Of a DNA stretch of 64,000 nucleotides, positions 1-9,714 are shown piece by piece. Made by a program: the position numbers and the translations under genes. Numbering within the stretch: the first letter of the stretch is position 1; the number at the start of each line of letters is the position of its first letter. The DNA comes from an uncultured Oligella sp. (GTDB taxonomy: Bacteria > Pseudomonadota > Gammaproteobacteria > Burkholderiales > Burkholderiaceae_B), in the NCBI GenBank assembly GCA_947632105.1, contig CANROD010000006.1:6296-70295 (forward strand), given 5' to 3'. The notes beneath the pieces were generated by a model. That model searched no databases and was not told the origin of the DNA. It saw only the letters and a list, made by a program, of their open reading frames with translations.

Positions 1-201
1 GTCAAAAAGCGTACGACCATTAATGTGGACGTGGCCGGCATCAGGGCTCAGTAAACCCGCAACAGCTTTAATAGTTAATGACTTACCAGAACCAGAGGGC
101 CCAACCACTACAACAACCTCATTATCTGTCTTGACCGTCACATTTAGTTGAAATGCGCGGTACGTTGAAACCAAGTGTTTTTCGATATATATATCAAACA
201 T
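1..201 (-). CDS. modC: Molybdate ABC transporter ATP-binding subunit, N-terminal part (runs off window start)
   Basis: Hand translation of the minus strand from the ATG at 201: MFDIYIEKHLVSTYRAFQLNVTVKTDNEVVVVVGPSGSGKSLTIKAVAGLL. Walker A GPSGSGKS. Start overlaps the modB stop (TAATG). Confidence 0.9.
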   Translation of the reverse strand, partial: MFDIYIEKHLVSTYRAFQLNVTVKTDNEVVVVVGPSGSGKSLTIKAVAGLLSPDAGHVHINGRTLFD

Positions 202-866
202 TATGATGGTTTCCTTGGTGATAAGTAATTCGAGAGTAAGAGCACTGCAACACAAACGGCAGAAATTAGCATGACTAATTGGGTTACCTCAGTATCTCTA
301 CCTGCCTGTACAGCCTCATAAATTGCGATCGATAAGGTTTGAGTACGACCAGGGATACTTCCAGCAACCATCAACGTCGCACCAAACTCACCCATGCTGC
401 GAACAAAGCCTAGTAACAAACCAGCTAAAACGCCACGCCATGCGAGTGGTAAAACAATTCTAAAAAAGGTTGATACCTTACTAACACCTAATACCCAAGA
501 AACTTGACTATACTCGATATTAACCGCTTCAAAAGCAGCTCTTGCAGGTCGGAAGACAAGCGGAAATGTAGCTACAATAGAAGCAATAATCGCACCATTG
601 ATTGAAAAAATTATTCTAAAACCAAAGGTGTCAAAAAGCCAATTATCCAAACCCGTGCGACTACCAAATAAAACCAATAAATAATAACCCAAAACAGTTG
701 GCGGTAACATCATCGGTAATGTGGCTACTACATCAATAAACTCGCGAAACTTAGTGCTTTTTTGTGCTAGCCACCAACCTAAAGCAACGCCCAATATGGC
801 ATTAACGAGGGTAGCCCAAAAAGCAACCTGTAAGGAGAGCATTAAGGGAACAATAGCAGTTTCCAT
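201..866 (-). CDS. modB: Molybdate ABC transporter permease
   Basis: LPMMLPPTVLGYYLL and RSMGEFGAT motifs; hydrophobic; lies between modA and modC. Confidence 0.95.
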   Translation of the reverse strand: METAIVPLMLSLQVAFWATLVNAILGVALGWWLAQKSTKFREFIDVVATLPMMLPPTVLGYYLLVLFGSRTGLDNWLFDTFGFRIIFSINGAIIASIVATFPLVFRPARAAFEAVNIEYSQVSWVLGVSKVSTFFRIVLPLAWRGVLAGLLLGFVRSMGEFGATLMVAGSIPGRTQTLSIAIYEAVQAGRDTEVTQLVMLISAVCVAVLLLSNYLSPRKPS

Positions 867-1006
867 ACTTTCTCTTAATAGAGGTAGAACAGCATATAAT
901 TTTTCAAGCCTGTAAAAATAACTGCAGAATAAATCCTATGCATCAGCCTATAAAAACTAGTGCATAGTAGATTCTTCAAACAAGATAGTCAAATGACTAT
1001 TAAGGC

Positions 1007-1759
1007 TTAATCAGGCTTAGAGAAGCCCGCTTTTTGAAGAATCTCTTGCCCCTCTTCAGAAAGAACTAAGTCAATAAAGTTTTCAGCAGCTTTTTGCTCT
1101 TTACTATTGGTCAAAACCGCAATTGGGTAACGAACCGGGTTTTCTAACTCAACCTCTAAAACGCGTTTGGTTTTTTTGCCCTCTTGTATTTGTGCATCAG
1201 TAGCATATACAAAACCGATGTCTACGTGATTGCTAGCAACGTATTCAAGAACTTGACGAACATTTTGCGCGTAAATTAGTTTATTTTTAATTGATTCAGT
1301 CACTCCAGCTGTCTCTAAAGCAGCATTGGTGTAACGACCGGCAGGAACGGTATCAGGGTTACCCACAGCGATCTGATTAAACTCATTATTCTTAAGATCT
1401 TCTAGCTTTTTAATAGTGTGTTTACTATCAATAGGAACTATGGCTACTAAGTCATTTTTAGCGAAAATAGTAGCTACATCGCCTAAGACAAGATTTGATT
1501 TTTCAGCATCCTTCATGCTCTTAAGATCTGCACTGGCAAATACATCGGCAGGCGCACCATTTTTAATTTGCTGATATAAAGCACCTGAACCGCCAAAATT
1601 AAAATCTACGCTATCATCAGGGTATTTATTTTCGTAAAGATCACCAATTGCTTCAAATGTTTCTTTAAGTGATGCTGCAGCGGAGACCGTGATGTTTGCT
1701 GCGGACGCAGCATTGGTAAATACCAAAGACAGCAAAGCTGCTGATAAAATCTTGTTCAT
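1007..1759 (-). CDS. modA: Molybdate ABC transporter periplasmic binding protein
   Basis: Signal peptide from MNKILSAALL; AAASL, FGGSGAL, GAPADVFASA and VPAGRY motifs. Start moved to the ATG at 1759. Confidence 0.95.
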   Translation of the reverse strand: MNKILSAALLSLVFTNAASAANITVSAAASLKETFEAIGDLYENKYPDDSVDFNFGGSGALYQQIKNGAPADVFASADLKSMKDAEKSNLVLGDVATIFAKNDLVAIVPIDSKHTIKKLEDLKNNEFNQIAVGNPDTVPAGRYTNAALETAGVTESIKNKLIYAQNVRQVLEYVASNHVDIGFVYATDAQIQEGKKTKRVLEVELENPVRYPIAVLTNSKEQKAAENFIDLVLSEEGQEILQKAGFSKPD

Positions 1760-1815
1760 ACTAAGTTTCCAAAAAGTAAAATTTTTACTGACGCATTGCC
1801 TCAATATTATTAATC

Positions 1816-1846
1816 AAAAAAACCTATGTGCTTTTAGCCACAGAGA
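1816..1846 (-). terminator. Probable intrinsic terminator after moaC
   Basis: Minus strand: imperfect stem CTCTGTGGCT-AAA-AGCACATAG followed by a T-run. Confidence 0.45.
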
Positions 1847-1913
1847 GCAAAAACACTTGCACATTGTAGTGTTATTAATTTACAGGGTCAATTTGGAACA
1901 CTGCTAATATAAG

Positions 1914-2402
1914 CTAAGCTTGATTCCGTTCAAAGTCACCTGATTTACCACCACTTTTCTTGACAAGCTGAACAGTTTCGATAACCATCGCCTTATCAAC
2001 AGCCTTAAGCATATCGTAGACCGTTAAAAGCCCCACACTAGCCGCTGTTAGTGCTTCCATTTCGACACCTGTTTTGCCCAGTGTTTCCACTGTAACCTCA
2101 ATCCTTACGCTTTTATCATCAAGATTCTGCTCAAAATCCACATTGACATGGGTCAGCGCTAAGGGGTGACAAAGAGGAATTAAATTACTGGTTTGCTTAG
2201 CAGCTTGAATGGCGGCAATTCGTGCTACACCAAGTACATCCCCTTTTTTGCTTTGCCCTGAAGCCAATAAATCGTAAGCAACGTCGTTCATTGTGATCGA
2301 GCCTTCAGCAATTGCCTGTCTTTTGCTATTGTCTTTGTGAGCAACATCAACCATATGAGCCTGACCATCTTCATTAAAATGGCTAAGTTTTTGTTCTGAC
2401 AT
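1914..2402 (-). CDS. moaC: Cyclic pyranopterin monophosphate synthase MoaC
   Basis: [27 protein letters not shown] and YDMLKAVD motifs. Confidence 0.97.
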   Translation of the reverse strand: MSEQKLSHFNEDGQAHMVDVAHKDNSKRQAIAEGSITMNDVAYDLLASGQSKKGDVLGVARIAAIQAAKQTSNLIPLCHPLALTHVNVDFEQNLDDKSVRIEVTVETLGKTGVEMEALTAASVGLLTVYDMLKAVDKAMVIETVQLVKKSGGKSGDFERNQA

Positions 2403-2525
2403 AATTATTCCACTCTTCAATTAATTACTTGTTAACCGCCTTATTATAAGGTTTCTAGTAGTGTTATGCCGTGATATAGTAAACAGTAATTTTGAACAAA
2501 TAATCAGTAGTGGAGATAGTTGTTG

Positions 2526-3125
2526 ATGAGCCAAACTAATGAATTAGAAACACTCAAGGTCGGTGTTGTATCAGTCAGTGATAGAGCTTCTAAAGGTGAG
2601 TATATTGATGAAGGCTTGCCGGGTCTCAAGACTTGGTTAGATGCTGCCGTGATTAATCCGATAGAGTATGTTGAACACTTGATTCCCGATGAGCAGGAGC
2701 TTATTTCTGATACTTTAAGAAGGTTAGCTGATGAGGAGCAATGCCATTTAATCCTTACCACAGGAGGTACCGGTCCTACTCCGCGAGATGTTACACCAGA
2801 GGCTACACTCGCTGTTGCTGATCGCGTTATTCCTGGGTTTGGTGAGCAGATGCGTCAAATCTCTTTAAACTTCATTCCTACCGCTATTATTTCGCGTCAA
2901 GTCGGTGTTTTACGTGGTGGTAGTGTTATTTTGAATCTACCCGGGCGACCAAAAGCAATTGCTGAAACCTTAGGTGGCCTGAAGGATGAAGATGGCAAAC
3001 AGATAGTACACGGTATTTTTGCCTCGATACCTTTTTGTATTGAGTCCGTCAGCAGTTTAAAAGTGAGGTGTAGGCCCGAAGTTTGTAATGCAGTTTATCC
3101 GGGTGAAAAGTGGCAGACTTTGTAG
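2526..3125 (+). CDS. mog: Molybdopterin adenylyltransferase MogA
   Basis: SVSDRAS, TTGGTGPTPRDVTPEAT and NLPGRPKAI motifs; GGAG RBS upstream. Confidence 0.95.
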   Translation: MSQTNELETLKVGVVSVSDRASKGEYIDEGLPGLKTWLDAAVINPIEYVEHLIPDEQELISDTLRRLADEEQCHLILTTGGTGPTPRDVTPEATLAVADRVIPGFGEQMRQISLNFIPTAIISRQVGVLRGGSVILNLPGRPKAIAETLGGLKDEDGKQIVHGIFASIPFCIESVSSLKVRCRPEVCNAVYPGEKWQTL

Positions 3126-3137
3126 TGAGTTAATAAT

Positions 3138-3166
3138 AAAAAAGGCTAAATTTAAGTTTAGCCTTT
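3138..3166. terminator. Bidirectional terminator between convergent mog and moaA
   Basis: AAAGGCTAAA-TTTAAG-TTTAGCCTTT inverted repeat with A/T flanks. Confidence 0.75.
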
Positions 3167-3173
3167 ATGTTTC

Positions 3174-4148
3174 TTAACCGCCAGTTTTAGCCATGATACG
3201 GATAATTTGCTCCGGTTTTTCATTAAACTCATGCTTTTCAGGTTTTAGATCAATCGCTAAGCGTAAGGCCTCTTCTAGCTCTTTATCAGAACAGTCTGAG
3301 CGTAGGTATGGTTTTAAGTCAAAGCTGTCATTTTGACCTAAACATAAATGTAAGACACCGTCTGCAGTCATACGGACGCGATTGCATGTTTCACAGAAAT
3401 GCTGAGAACGTGGTGTGATAAAGCCTAAAGAAAAACTGCCATCAGCAGTCTCCCAATATCTAGCTGGACCACCTCCATGAATGCGTTTAGACTCAATAAG
3501 GCCAAACTTGGACTGAGCCTTTTCGATCTCGTCTTGTAAGTTAACATAGCCTAAACTCTGACCTGTCGCACCCATCGGCATGACCTCGATCAGCCTTAAG
3601 GTAAAGCTATTCTCCATACAATAACGAATCATCTCTTCAATACTCTGAATATTTACATCTGGCAGTGGAACCATATTAACCTTGGTTCTGGTGAAACCTG
3701 CCTTTTTGACTGCCTCTAATGATTCTAAAACCTTGATTAAAGAATCGCTGCCACTGATTTTCTTAACAACTGTAGAGTCTAAGGAATCTAAGCTGATATT
3801 AAAACGAGAGAGTCCAGCATCTTTTAAAGGTTGAGCAAGTCGAGCAAGCTGAGTACCATTAGTCGTCATTGATAGATCATCAACACCCTCAATAGCTGAC
3901 AAACGTCTGACCAAATCAACGACATTTTTGCGTAATAAAGGCTCACCACCGGTTAACCTAAAACGGGAGGTACCAAGACGCGCAAAGGTAGTAACCACTC
4001 GTTCGATTTCGTCAAAGCTAAGGTAATTTTCAGCGTGTTCGAACTCTGTAAACCCCTCAGGGATACAGTAAGTACAACGTAAATCGCATTTATCGATTAA
4101 GGATATGCGCAAATACTCAATGCGTCTATTGAAACGATCAACTAACAT
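3174..4148 (-). CDS. moaA: GTP 3',8-cyclase MoaA (radical SAM)
   Basis: CDLRCTYC radical-SAM motif, LTGGEPLLR, FCETCNRVR..C second cluster, C-terminal GG. Confidence 0.97.
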   Translation of the reverse strand: MLVDRFNRRIEYLRISLIDKCDLRCTYCIPEGFTEFEHAENYLSFDEIERVVTTFARLGTSRFRLTGGEPLLRKNVVDLVRRLSAIEGVDDLSMTTNGTQLARLAQPLKDAGLSRFNISLDSLDSTVVKKISGSDSLIKVLESLEAVKKAGFTRTKVNMVPLPDVNIQSIEEMIRYCMENSFTLRLIEVMPMGATGQSLGYVNLQDEIEKAQSKFGLIESKRIHGGGPARYWETADGSFSLGFITPRSQHFCETCNRVRMTADGVLHLCLGQNDSFDLKPYLRSDCSDKELEEALRLAIDLKPEKHEFNEKPEQIIRIMAKTGG

Positions 4149-4232
4149 GATTGCGCCCTCCCGTCAGTTTAAATGGTGAGTTAAGAACACTCCGCGCCTT
4201 AAGCTTAGATTTAAGCGCACGAATAATGGCCC

Positions 4233-4241
4233 ATTATAGCA
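4233..4241 (-). promoter_or_regulatory. Extended -10 promoter for moaA
   Basis: Minus strand reads TGCTATAAT, a perfect TGnTATAAT, about 85 nt upstream of the moaA ATG. Confidence 0.6.
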
Positions 4242-4268
4242 GATATCCTACTAAACAACTCGGATATA

Positions 4269-4901
4269 TTATTTAGTCAATAGCTCAAGCATCTTGCGAT
4301 TATTTTGTTCCCTAGCTAAATCTAGTGCACTGACGCCATCAAAATTAACTGCTTTTGGATCAGCACCAGCTGCAACTAAGAGCGCCACCGTGTCTCTACT
4401 ACCTGAACTTACGGCCATCATCAAGGGATTAGAACCATCTGGGGCTGGTGAATTAGGCCAAGCACCATTATCTAATAAAAGCTTCACTATCTCGGTATTA
4501 CCCTTAATTGCGGCGTAGTGAATAGGTGACCAACCTATATGATTTAACTTAGCACCTTTTTCAACGAGGACCTTAACACGCTCAATATCATTGGCAAGTG
4601 CAGGGTACATAATAGGACTTTCATGATAGCTATTTTGCTTATTAATATCAACATTAGGATGATTAATAAGCGCATCAAAACTCTTTAAAGCTCCCTCTCT
4701 ATAAGCGTAAGTTAAGGCTGTATGGCCATCACTGTTAAGCGCATTAGTGTCTTGGCCCTGGCTAATCGTCTCATAAATGTTTTTCACTCGATCATTGCGA
4801 ACATCAACCCACCAATCATTAGCTAGTGCAGATCCATTAACTGCAAAAATTAACATTAACGCACTGATAAGGCTAAGAAATTTTACTTTAAAAGTAGTCA
4901 T
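4269..4901 (-). CDS. Exported ankyrin-repeat protein
   Basis: N-terminal signal peptide; repeated G.T/SPL/IH.A...G...V.LL...GA ankyrin units. Confidence 0.9.
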   Translation of the reverse strand: MTTFKVKFLSLISALMLIFAVNGSALANDWWVDVRNDRVKNIYETISQGQDTNALNSDGHTALTYAYREGALKSFDALINHPNVDINKQNSYHESPIMYPALANDIERVKVLVEKGAKLNHIGWSPIHYAAIKGNTEIVKLLLDNGAWPNSPAPDGSNPLMMAVSSGSRDTVALLVAAGADPKAVNFDGVSALDLAREQNNRKMLELLTK

Positions 4902-4929
4902 GATAAGTTTTCTCTTTTGATAAAAAGGA

Positions 4930-5715
4930 CTAATTTATTTGTTCAGGTTTCTTTACTTTACTAAATAAGTCAAAAAAGTTTTGAGTAGTAATCTCTTTGA
5001 CCTGCTTAAGAGGGATTTGTTTCAACTCAGCAATCTTCTCGGCGACATGAACAACCAAAGAAGGATCATTACGCTTACCGCGATAAGGTGCTGGAGCCAA
5101 AAAGGGCGAGTCAGTCTCAATGAGCAGCCGTTCTAAAGGAGTATTAAGAGCAACCTCTTGCACCTGCTGTGCATTTTTAAATGTAATAATACCGGACATA
5201 GAGATATAAAAGCCCAACTCCATTGCTTCTTGAGCCATCTTCCAATCCTCAGTAAAACAATGCATAACACCACGGCAACGTTGAGCACCCTCCTCGCGTA
5301 ATATTCGCATGGTATCCTCTTTCGCTGCACGTGTATGAATAATCAATGGCACATTAGCAGTAATTGCAGCACGGATATGAGTTCTAAAGCGGTCACGTTG
5401 CCATTCTAAAGGCTCTTCCGCTCGAAAATAATCAAGGCCTGTTTCACCAACTGCGACAACTTTAGGATGCTTTAAATACGTTAGCAAATCCTCTTCGCTA
5501 ACTTCTGGTGTATTTTCATATTGGGGATGCACGCCAATACTGGCCCATAAGTGCTCATGCTCCTCGACTAGTTTTAAAATACTTGGAAAATCAGGTATAG
5601 CGACAGAGATACAGAGTGCTGTACCAACATCGTTAGCTTTCATTGAAGCCAAGATAGCATCAAGGTCTTCTACTAGTTCTGGAAAGTTTAAATGACAATG
5701 TGAATCGACAAACAT
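4930..5715 (-). CDS. tatD: TatD family deoxyribonuclease (YcfH-like)
   Basis: DSHCH, GVHP, GETGLDY, HTR, HCF and ETDSP motifs. Confidence 0.93.
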   Translation of the reverse strand: MFVDSHCHLNFPELVEDLDAILASMKANDVGTALCISVAIPDFPSILKLVEEHEHLWASIGVHPQYENTPEVSEEDLLTYLKHPKVVAVGETGLDYFRAEEPLEWQRDRFRTHIRAAITANVPLIIHTRAAKEDTMRILREEGAQRCRGVMHCFTEDWKMAQEAMELGFYISMSGIITFKNAQQVQEVALNTPLERLLIETDSPFLAPAPYRGKRNDPSLVVHVAEKIAELKQIPLKQVKEITTQNFFDLFSKVKKPEQIN

Positions 5716-5743
5716 AATTTTAAATATATAACAAAATAAATTT

Positions 5744-6802
5744 TTACTGTGCTCTTGAAAGAAATACGAGCAATACTCTTTGCAAGCACGCTTGTATCAG
5801 CAAACGCTTATTGAAACTATGAGCGGCAGTTGCCTGCTCTTTGCGTAACCAATCATATAAATCAGCTATTTTAATATCGCTAAGTCCCGTAGCTATCTGC
5901 TTTGTATGTTCTTCTAAGCTGGGGAAATACCTTGACTGTAGACCGTGATAATTGAGTTGAAGGTCAAATAATAATCGCTGCAGACTATCAATCCACTGCC
6001 GCGGTTCAATTTTATCAAGTTTATCGACATAAGGTTGAACTTCAGGCATCTCGCGTTGAGCTAAGGTTTTTACAAAAGTACCAAGCCAATAACGCACTGG
6101 CTCATAATCCGATTCACTTTGTTCTTGGGCTTTAAGTGGTGCACCTCCTGCAGCAGTCAAAGCGACTTCTGGTTCACTAACTCCTTGCTCTTTTAACCAT
6201 GCTAAACTTGAATCAATATCAGGTATAGGTAAATGCAGACGCTGGCAACGAGAAATAATGGTCGGCAATAATTTTCTAATGCTATTGGAAACTAATAGAA
6301 ATCTCGTGTCTCCCAACGGTTCCTCAAGAATTTTTAAAATTGCATTCGAAGACTCATGGTTTAATCGTTCAGCTGGATAAATAATCAACACCTTAGAGCC
6401 GCCTCGATGGCTGGTTAGTGTGAAGAAATTTTTTTGATCCAACTCTCTAATTTGTTGTACCCGTATTTGATTAGATAGACTTTTAGTAGAGTCACTGTTG
6501 ACGGGCTCCTCACTAGGCGCAATGTTTAAATTCTCATACATAGCATCAGGAACAACGATCCTTAAGTCTGGATGATGATTAAGACTTAACCATCGACACG
6601 CTTGGCAAGATCCACAGGCTTGATAGCTTTGACGGTTTTCACATAACATAGCGGCAGCAGCGGCATGAGCAAATTGAAATTTGCCAATACCCTCTTCTCC
6701 ATGGATAAGCCATGCATGAGTAAAACGATCATTTTGATCTAACCATTGCTGAGCTACTTGCTGTTGCCATGGTAGAAATTGAGGCACTTTATTGGACATC
6801 AT
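5744..6802 (-). CDS. holB: DNA polymerase III subunit delta'
   Basis: GEEGIGK, C..CGSCQAC zinc module, HPDL, NAILKILEEP, TIISRC; downstream of tmk. Confidence 0.95.
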   Translation of the reverse strand: MMSNKVPQFLPWQQQVAQQWLDQNDRFTHAWLIHGEEGIGKFQFAHAAAAAMLCENRQSYQACGSCQACRWLSLNHHPDLRIVVPDAMYENLNIAPSEEPVNSDSTKSLSNQIRVQQIRELDQKNFFTLTSHRGGSKVLIIYPAERLNHESSNAILKILEEPLGDTRFLLVSNSIRKLLPTIISRCQRLHLPIPDIDSSLAWLKEQGVSEPEVALTAAGGAPLKAQEQSESDYEPVRYWLGTFVKTLAQREMPEVQPYVDKLDKIEPRQWIDSLQRLLFDLQLNYHGLQSRYFPSLEEHTKQIATGLSDIKIADLYDWLRKEQATAAHSFNKRLLIQACLQRVLLVFLSRAQ

Positions 6803-6816
6803 AAATCAATTTATAC

Positions 6817-7446
6817 CTACTGAAACTGAAGATGGGCTTGAAGTCTCTTCTTGATTACTTGGCAGACTTGTTCAGACACCAACTCTTTAGGTTGACTACT
6901 ATCAATGATTTCAAAACGCTCAGGTTCTTCATGGGCTCGCTCTAAATAAGATGCTCTGACACGTTCAAAAAAGCCTGCTTGCTCTTGCTCAAAACGATCT
7001 AACTGACGCTCCTGAAGCATGCGGTCACGGGCGATGTTCAATGGCAAATCAAATAACAAAGTAAGGTCAGGCTTTAAGTCTGGGTGCACTAAGTCTGCTA
7101 ACGACTGAATCTTGCCCTGCTCAACTCGACGTCCACCACCCTGATAAGCAAAGCTAGAATCAGTAAAGCGGTCACAAATAACAGCCTTGCCTGCCGCCAA
7201 TGCGGGCTTAATGAGCTTATTAATATGCTCTTGACGAGCAGCAAACATAAGCAATAACTCAGTCTCTACACTCATATCCTGAGTTAAGAGCAGTTCTCTT
7301 AAACTCTCAGCTAAAAGCGTTCCGCCAGGCTCACGACTATTGACAATCTCATACTTACAAGCTTCAAAGCAAGATACAATTCGCTCAATATGCGAGCTTT
7401 TACCGGCACCATCGACCCCTTCAATAGTCAGAAAAAAACCCTTCAT
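6817..7446 (-). CDS. tmk: Thymidylate kinase
   Basis: EGVDGAGKS P-loop, REPGGT, DRFTDSSFAYQG. Confidence 0.97.
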   Translation of the reverse strand: MKGFFLTIEGVDGAGKSSHIERIVSCFEACKYEIVNSREPGGTLLAESLRELLLTQDMSVETELLLMFAARQEHINKLIKPALAAGKAVICDRFTDSSFAYQGGGRRVEQGKIQSLADLVHPDLKPDLTLLFDLPLNIARDRMLQERQLDRFEQEQAGFFERVRASYLERAHEEPERFEIIDSSQPKELVSEQVCQVIKKRLQAHLQFQ

Positions 7447-8459
7447 TACTCGCCCCTATTAAGAATAAAACGTCTAACGTTACGATTATGCTCTCGTAGA
7501 TCTTTAGCGAATGCGCTGCTACCATCACCACGAGAAACAAAATAATAATAATCATGCTCAGCGGGCCGGCTTGCCGCCTCTAACGCAGCTAAGCTTGGGT
7601 TGGCAATAGGAGTTGGTGGCAGTCCCTTCCGTGTGTAAGTATTCCATGGTGTGTCTGTTTGTAGATCAATCTTACGAATTCGACCCTCGTATTTATCACC
7701 CATTCCGTAAATAACGGTGGGGTCCGTTTGTAGAAGCATATTAGCCTTTAAACGGTTCATAAAAACACCAGCAATATTGCCTCGATCAGCGGCCAAGCCA
7801 GTTTCCTTTTCAACAATAGATGCCATAATTAACAGTTCATATGGGGTTTTGAGAGGGATACTCGGATCACGATTATCCCAAGCTTCCTGCAAATAAGTTT
7901 GGGATTGTACATATGCACGACGCAATATATCAAGATCCGTATCGCCAGGGACAAAAACATACGTATCCGGATAGAGCAAGCCCTCAAGTGACTCGTAAGA
8001 ACTATCTAATTTACTTAGTAATCCCTCTGTGTTTTCTGGATCAATTGTAATCTCAATATCTGGATTAGCATGAATCCTCTCAATAAACTGTTTACTGGTA
8101 AAACCCTCAATTAATGCAATACGTCGCTGACTCATGTCACCGCTAGCAATACGCTCAAGCACGTCAAGCGGCGTATCCCCTGCCTTGATTTCATAGGCAC
8201 CTGCCTTAATCATACGATCTTGACCTGTATAACGACCATATAAGATCAACAAATCGGCAAACGTTAGAACGCCTTCATCCTCGAGCATTTTAGCTACGCT
8301 ACGCAAGGAATCACCACGCTTAATATGAAAATCATAAACCAGATCTTCAACGGCAACGGGTTCTTTTGACCAATTATATGCATAATAAGCCCCTATGCCT
8401 GCTGCAATTAGAGCTATCAAAAATAAGGGCAAAACAACGTACTTAAAGAGTTTTTTCAT
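7446..8459 (-). CDS. mltG: Endolytic transglycosylase MltG
   Basis: N-terminal TM helix, EGLLYPDTY, ASIVEKET, LQTDPTVIYG, GLPPTPI. Confidence 0.95.
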   Translation of the reverse strand: MKKLFKYVVLPLFLIALIAAGIGAYYAYNWSKEPVAVEDLVYDFHIKRGDSLRSVAKMLEDEGVLTFADLLILYGRYTGQDRMIKAGAYEIKAGDTPLDVLERIASGDMSQRRIALIEGFTSKQFIERIHANPDIEITIDPENTEGLLSKLDSSYESLEGLLYPDTYVFVPGDTDLDILRRAYVQSQTYLQEAWDNRDPSIPLKTPYELLIMASIVEKETGLAADRGNIAGVFMNRLKANMLLQTDPTVIYGMGDKYEGRIRKIDLQTDTPWNTYTRKGLPPTPIANPSLAALEAASRPAEHDYYYFVSRGDGSSAFAKDLREHNRNVRRFILNRGE

Positions 8460-8664
8460 GCGTATTCTTAAGAAAGTCATCAAGGTAAAAAATGATTTTA
8501 CCAGTTTAGCTATATAGCTGCGAGCTTTAGGAATTGATAACCTTTATGTCACTTTAGGCCATATTTTAACTTAATACTGATGTTGTTATTAACAATCAGA
8601 AATTAGCTCCGTGGCATAATATTAGGTTAATGATAAGAATTTTTTAAAATAACAGGAGTTATTT

Positions 8665-9657
8665 ATGCCGAATTCTTCCTCACCTGGGGTTAATTATGCA
8701 TTGTTGAATGATTTTTCTATAGTAAAAGCGAGTGGCGCTGATACCTTAGAGTTTTTACAAAACCAGTTTACCCAAGATCTTAATCTTGTCAGTGCAGAAC
8801 AGGCTCAGCTTAGTGCTTGGTGCAATGCTAAGGGGCGTAGTCTGGCCAGTTTTTTGATGTGGCGAGATGTAGCAGCAACTGATTGTTTTTATTTGTTGAT
8901 TAAAAAGGATATTGTCGAGCCTACCCTCAAGCGTCTGAAAATGTTTATCTTCAGAAATAAGGTCGAATTAGAGGTGTTGAACCTGTCTATCTTGGGCTTA
9001 TGGTCTGAGGATAAGGGCTTACAATACGCCCCTGAAGCACTTGGAGGTAAGGGAAATTTCGCGGTAACTCAACAAAACAATCAGCATTGGGTCCGATTCC
9101 CAACGACGGGTAGCGAGCAACGCTACCTATTGATTACATGCTCTCACAGTATAACCGAGTTTAATGCTCAAGAGGCTTTACCTAAAAGCGATAGCGTTGA
9201 GTATACGCTATCTGACGCAACTTTCTGGAATGCTCTGGATATTATTCAGGCTATTGCTTGGGTGGAGCTTGCTAACCGCGAAGAGTTTATTCCTCAAAGT
9301 ATCAACTATGATGCTATTGGTGCTGTGAATTTCAAAAAAGGATGTTTCCCAGGCCAAGAAGTGGTTGCTCGTAGTCACTATCGCGGCACATTAAAGCGTC
9401 GATCTTTTATAGGATACACCAGTCACAATGCCTCTGATATCACTGTAAGTGCCGACATTTTTCAAGGTGAGCGTCCAAATGGTCAAGTAGTAAATATTGC
9501 TCACTTGCCTGATAACAAAGGTACCTGGGTGTTATTTGAAACTCGCCTAGAGGCGGTAGATGGAAGCAGTGATGAAGTCTTATGTTTAGGCTCAGAGAAT
9601 GGTCCTGAGCTAACTATTCAAGCGCCTCCCTACTCCTTAGATAAGCCGGAGAACTAG
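8665..9657 (+). CDS. ygfZ: Folate-binding Fe-S cluster protein YgfZ
   Basis: KGCFPGQEVVAR signature; divergent from mltG. Confidence 0.92.
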   Translation: MPNSSSPGVNYALLNDFSIVKASGADTLEFLQNQFTQDLNLVSAEQAQLSAWCNAKGRSLASFLMWRDVAATDCFYLLIKKDIVEPTLKRLKMFIFRNKVELEVLNLSILGLWSEDKGLQYAPEALGGKGNFAVTQQNNQHWVRFPTTGSEQRYLLITCSHSITEFNAQEALPKSDSVEYTLSDATFWNALDIIQAIAWVELANREEFIPQSINYDAIGAVNFKKGCFPGQEVVARSHYRGTLKRRSFIGYTSHNASDITVSADIFQGERPNGQVVNIAHLPDNKGTWVLFETRLEAVDGSSDEVLCLGSENGPELTIQAPPYSLDKPEN

Positions 9658-9677
9658 TTTTTGTCTATATAAAAAGT

Positions 9678-9710
9678 AAAAAGAGGTGGTTTTTAAGCAC
9701 CTCTTTTTTT
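9678..9710. terminator. Bidirectional intrinsic terminator
   Basis: AAAAAGAGGTG...CACCTCTTTTTTT between convergent genes. Confidence 0.85.
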
Positions 9711-9714
9711 ATAT

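Noticed and set aside
2468-2492. ModE-box-like CGTGATATAG between moaC and mog
   Set aside because: Only one half-site resembles the consensus; the TATATAACG half is absent and no modE is in the window.
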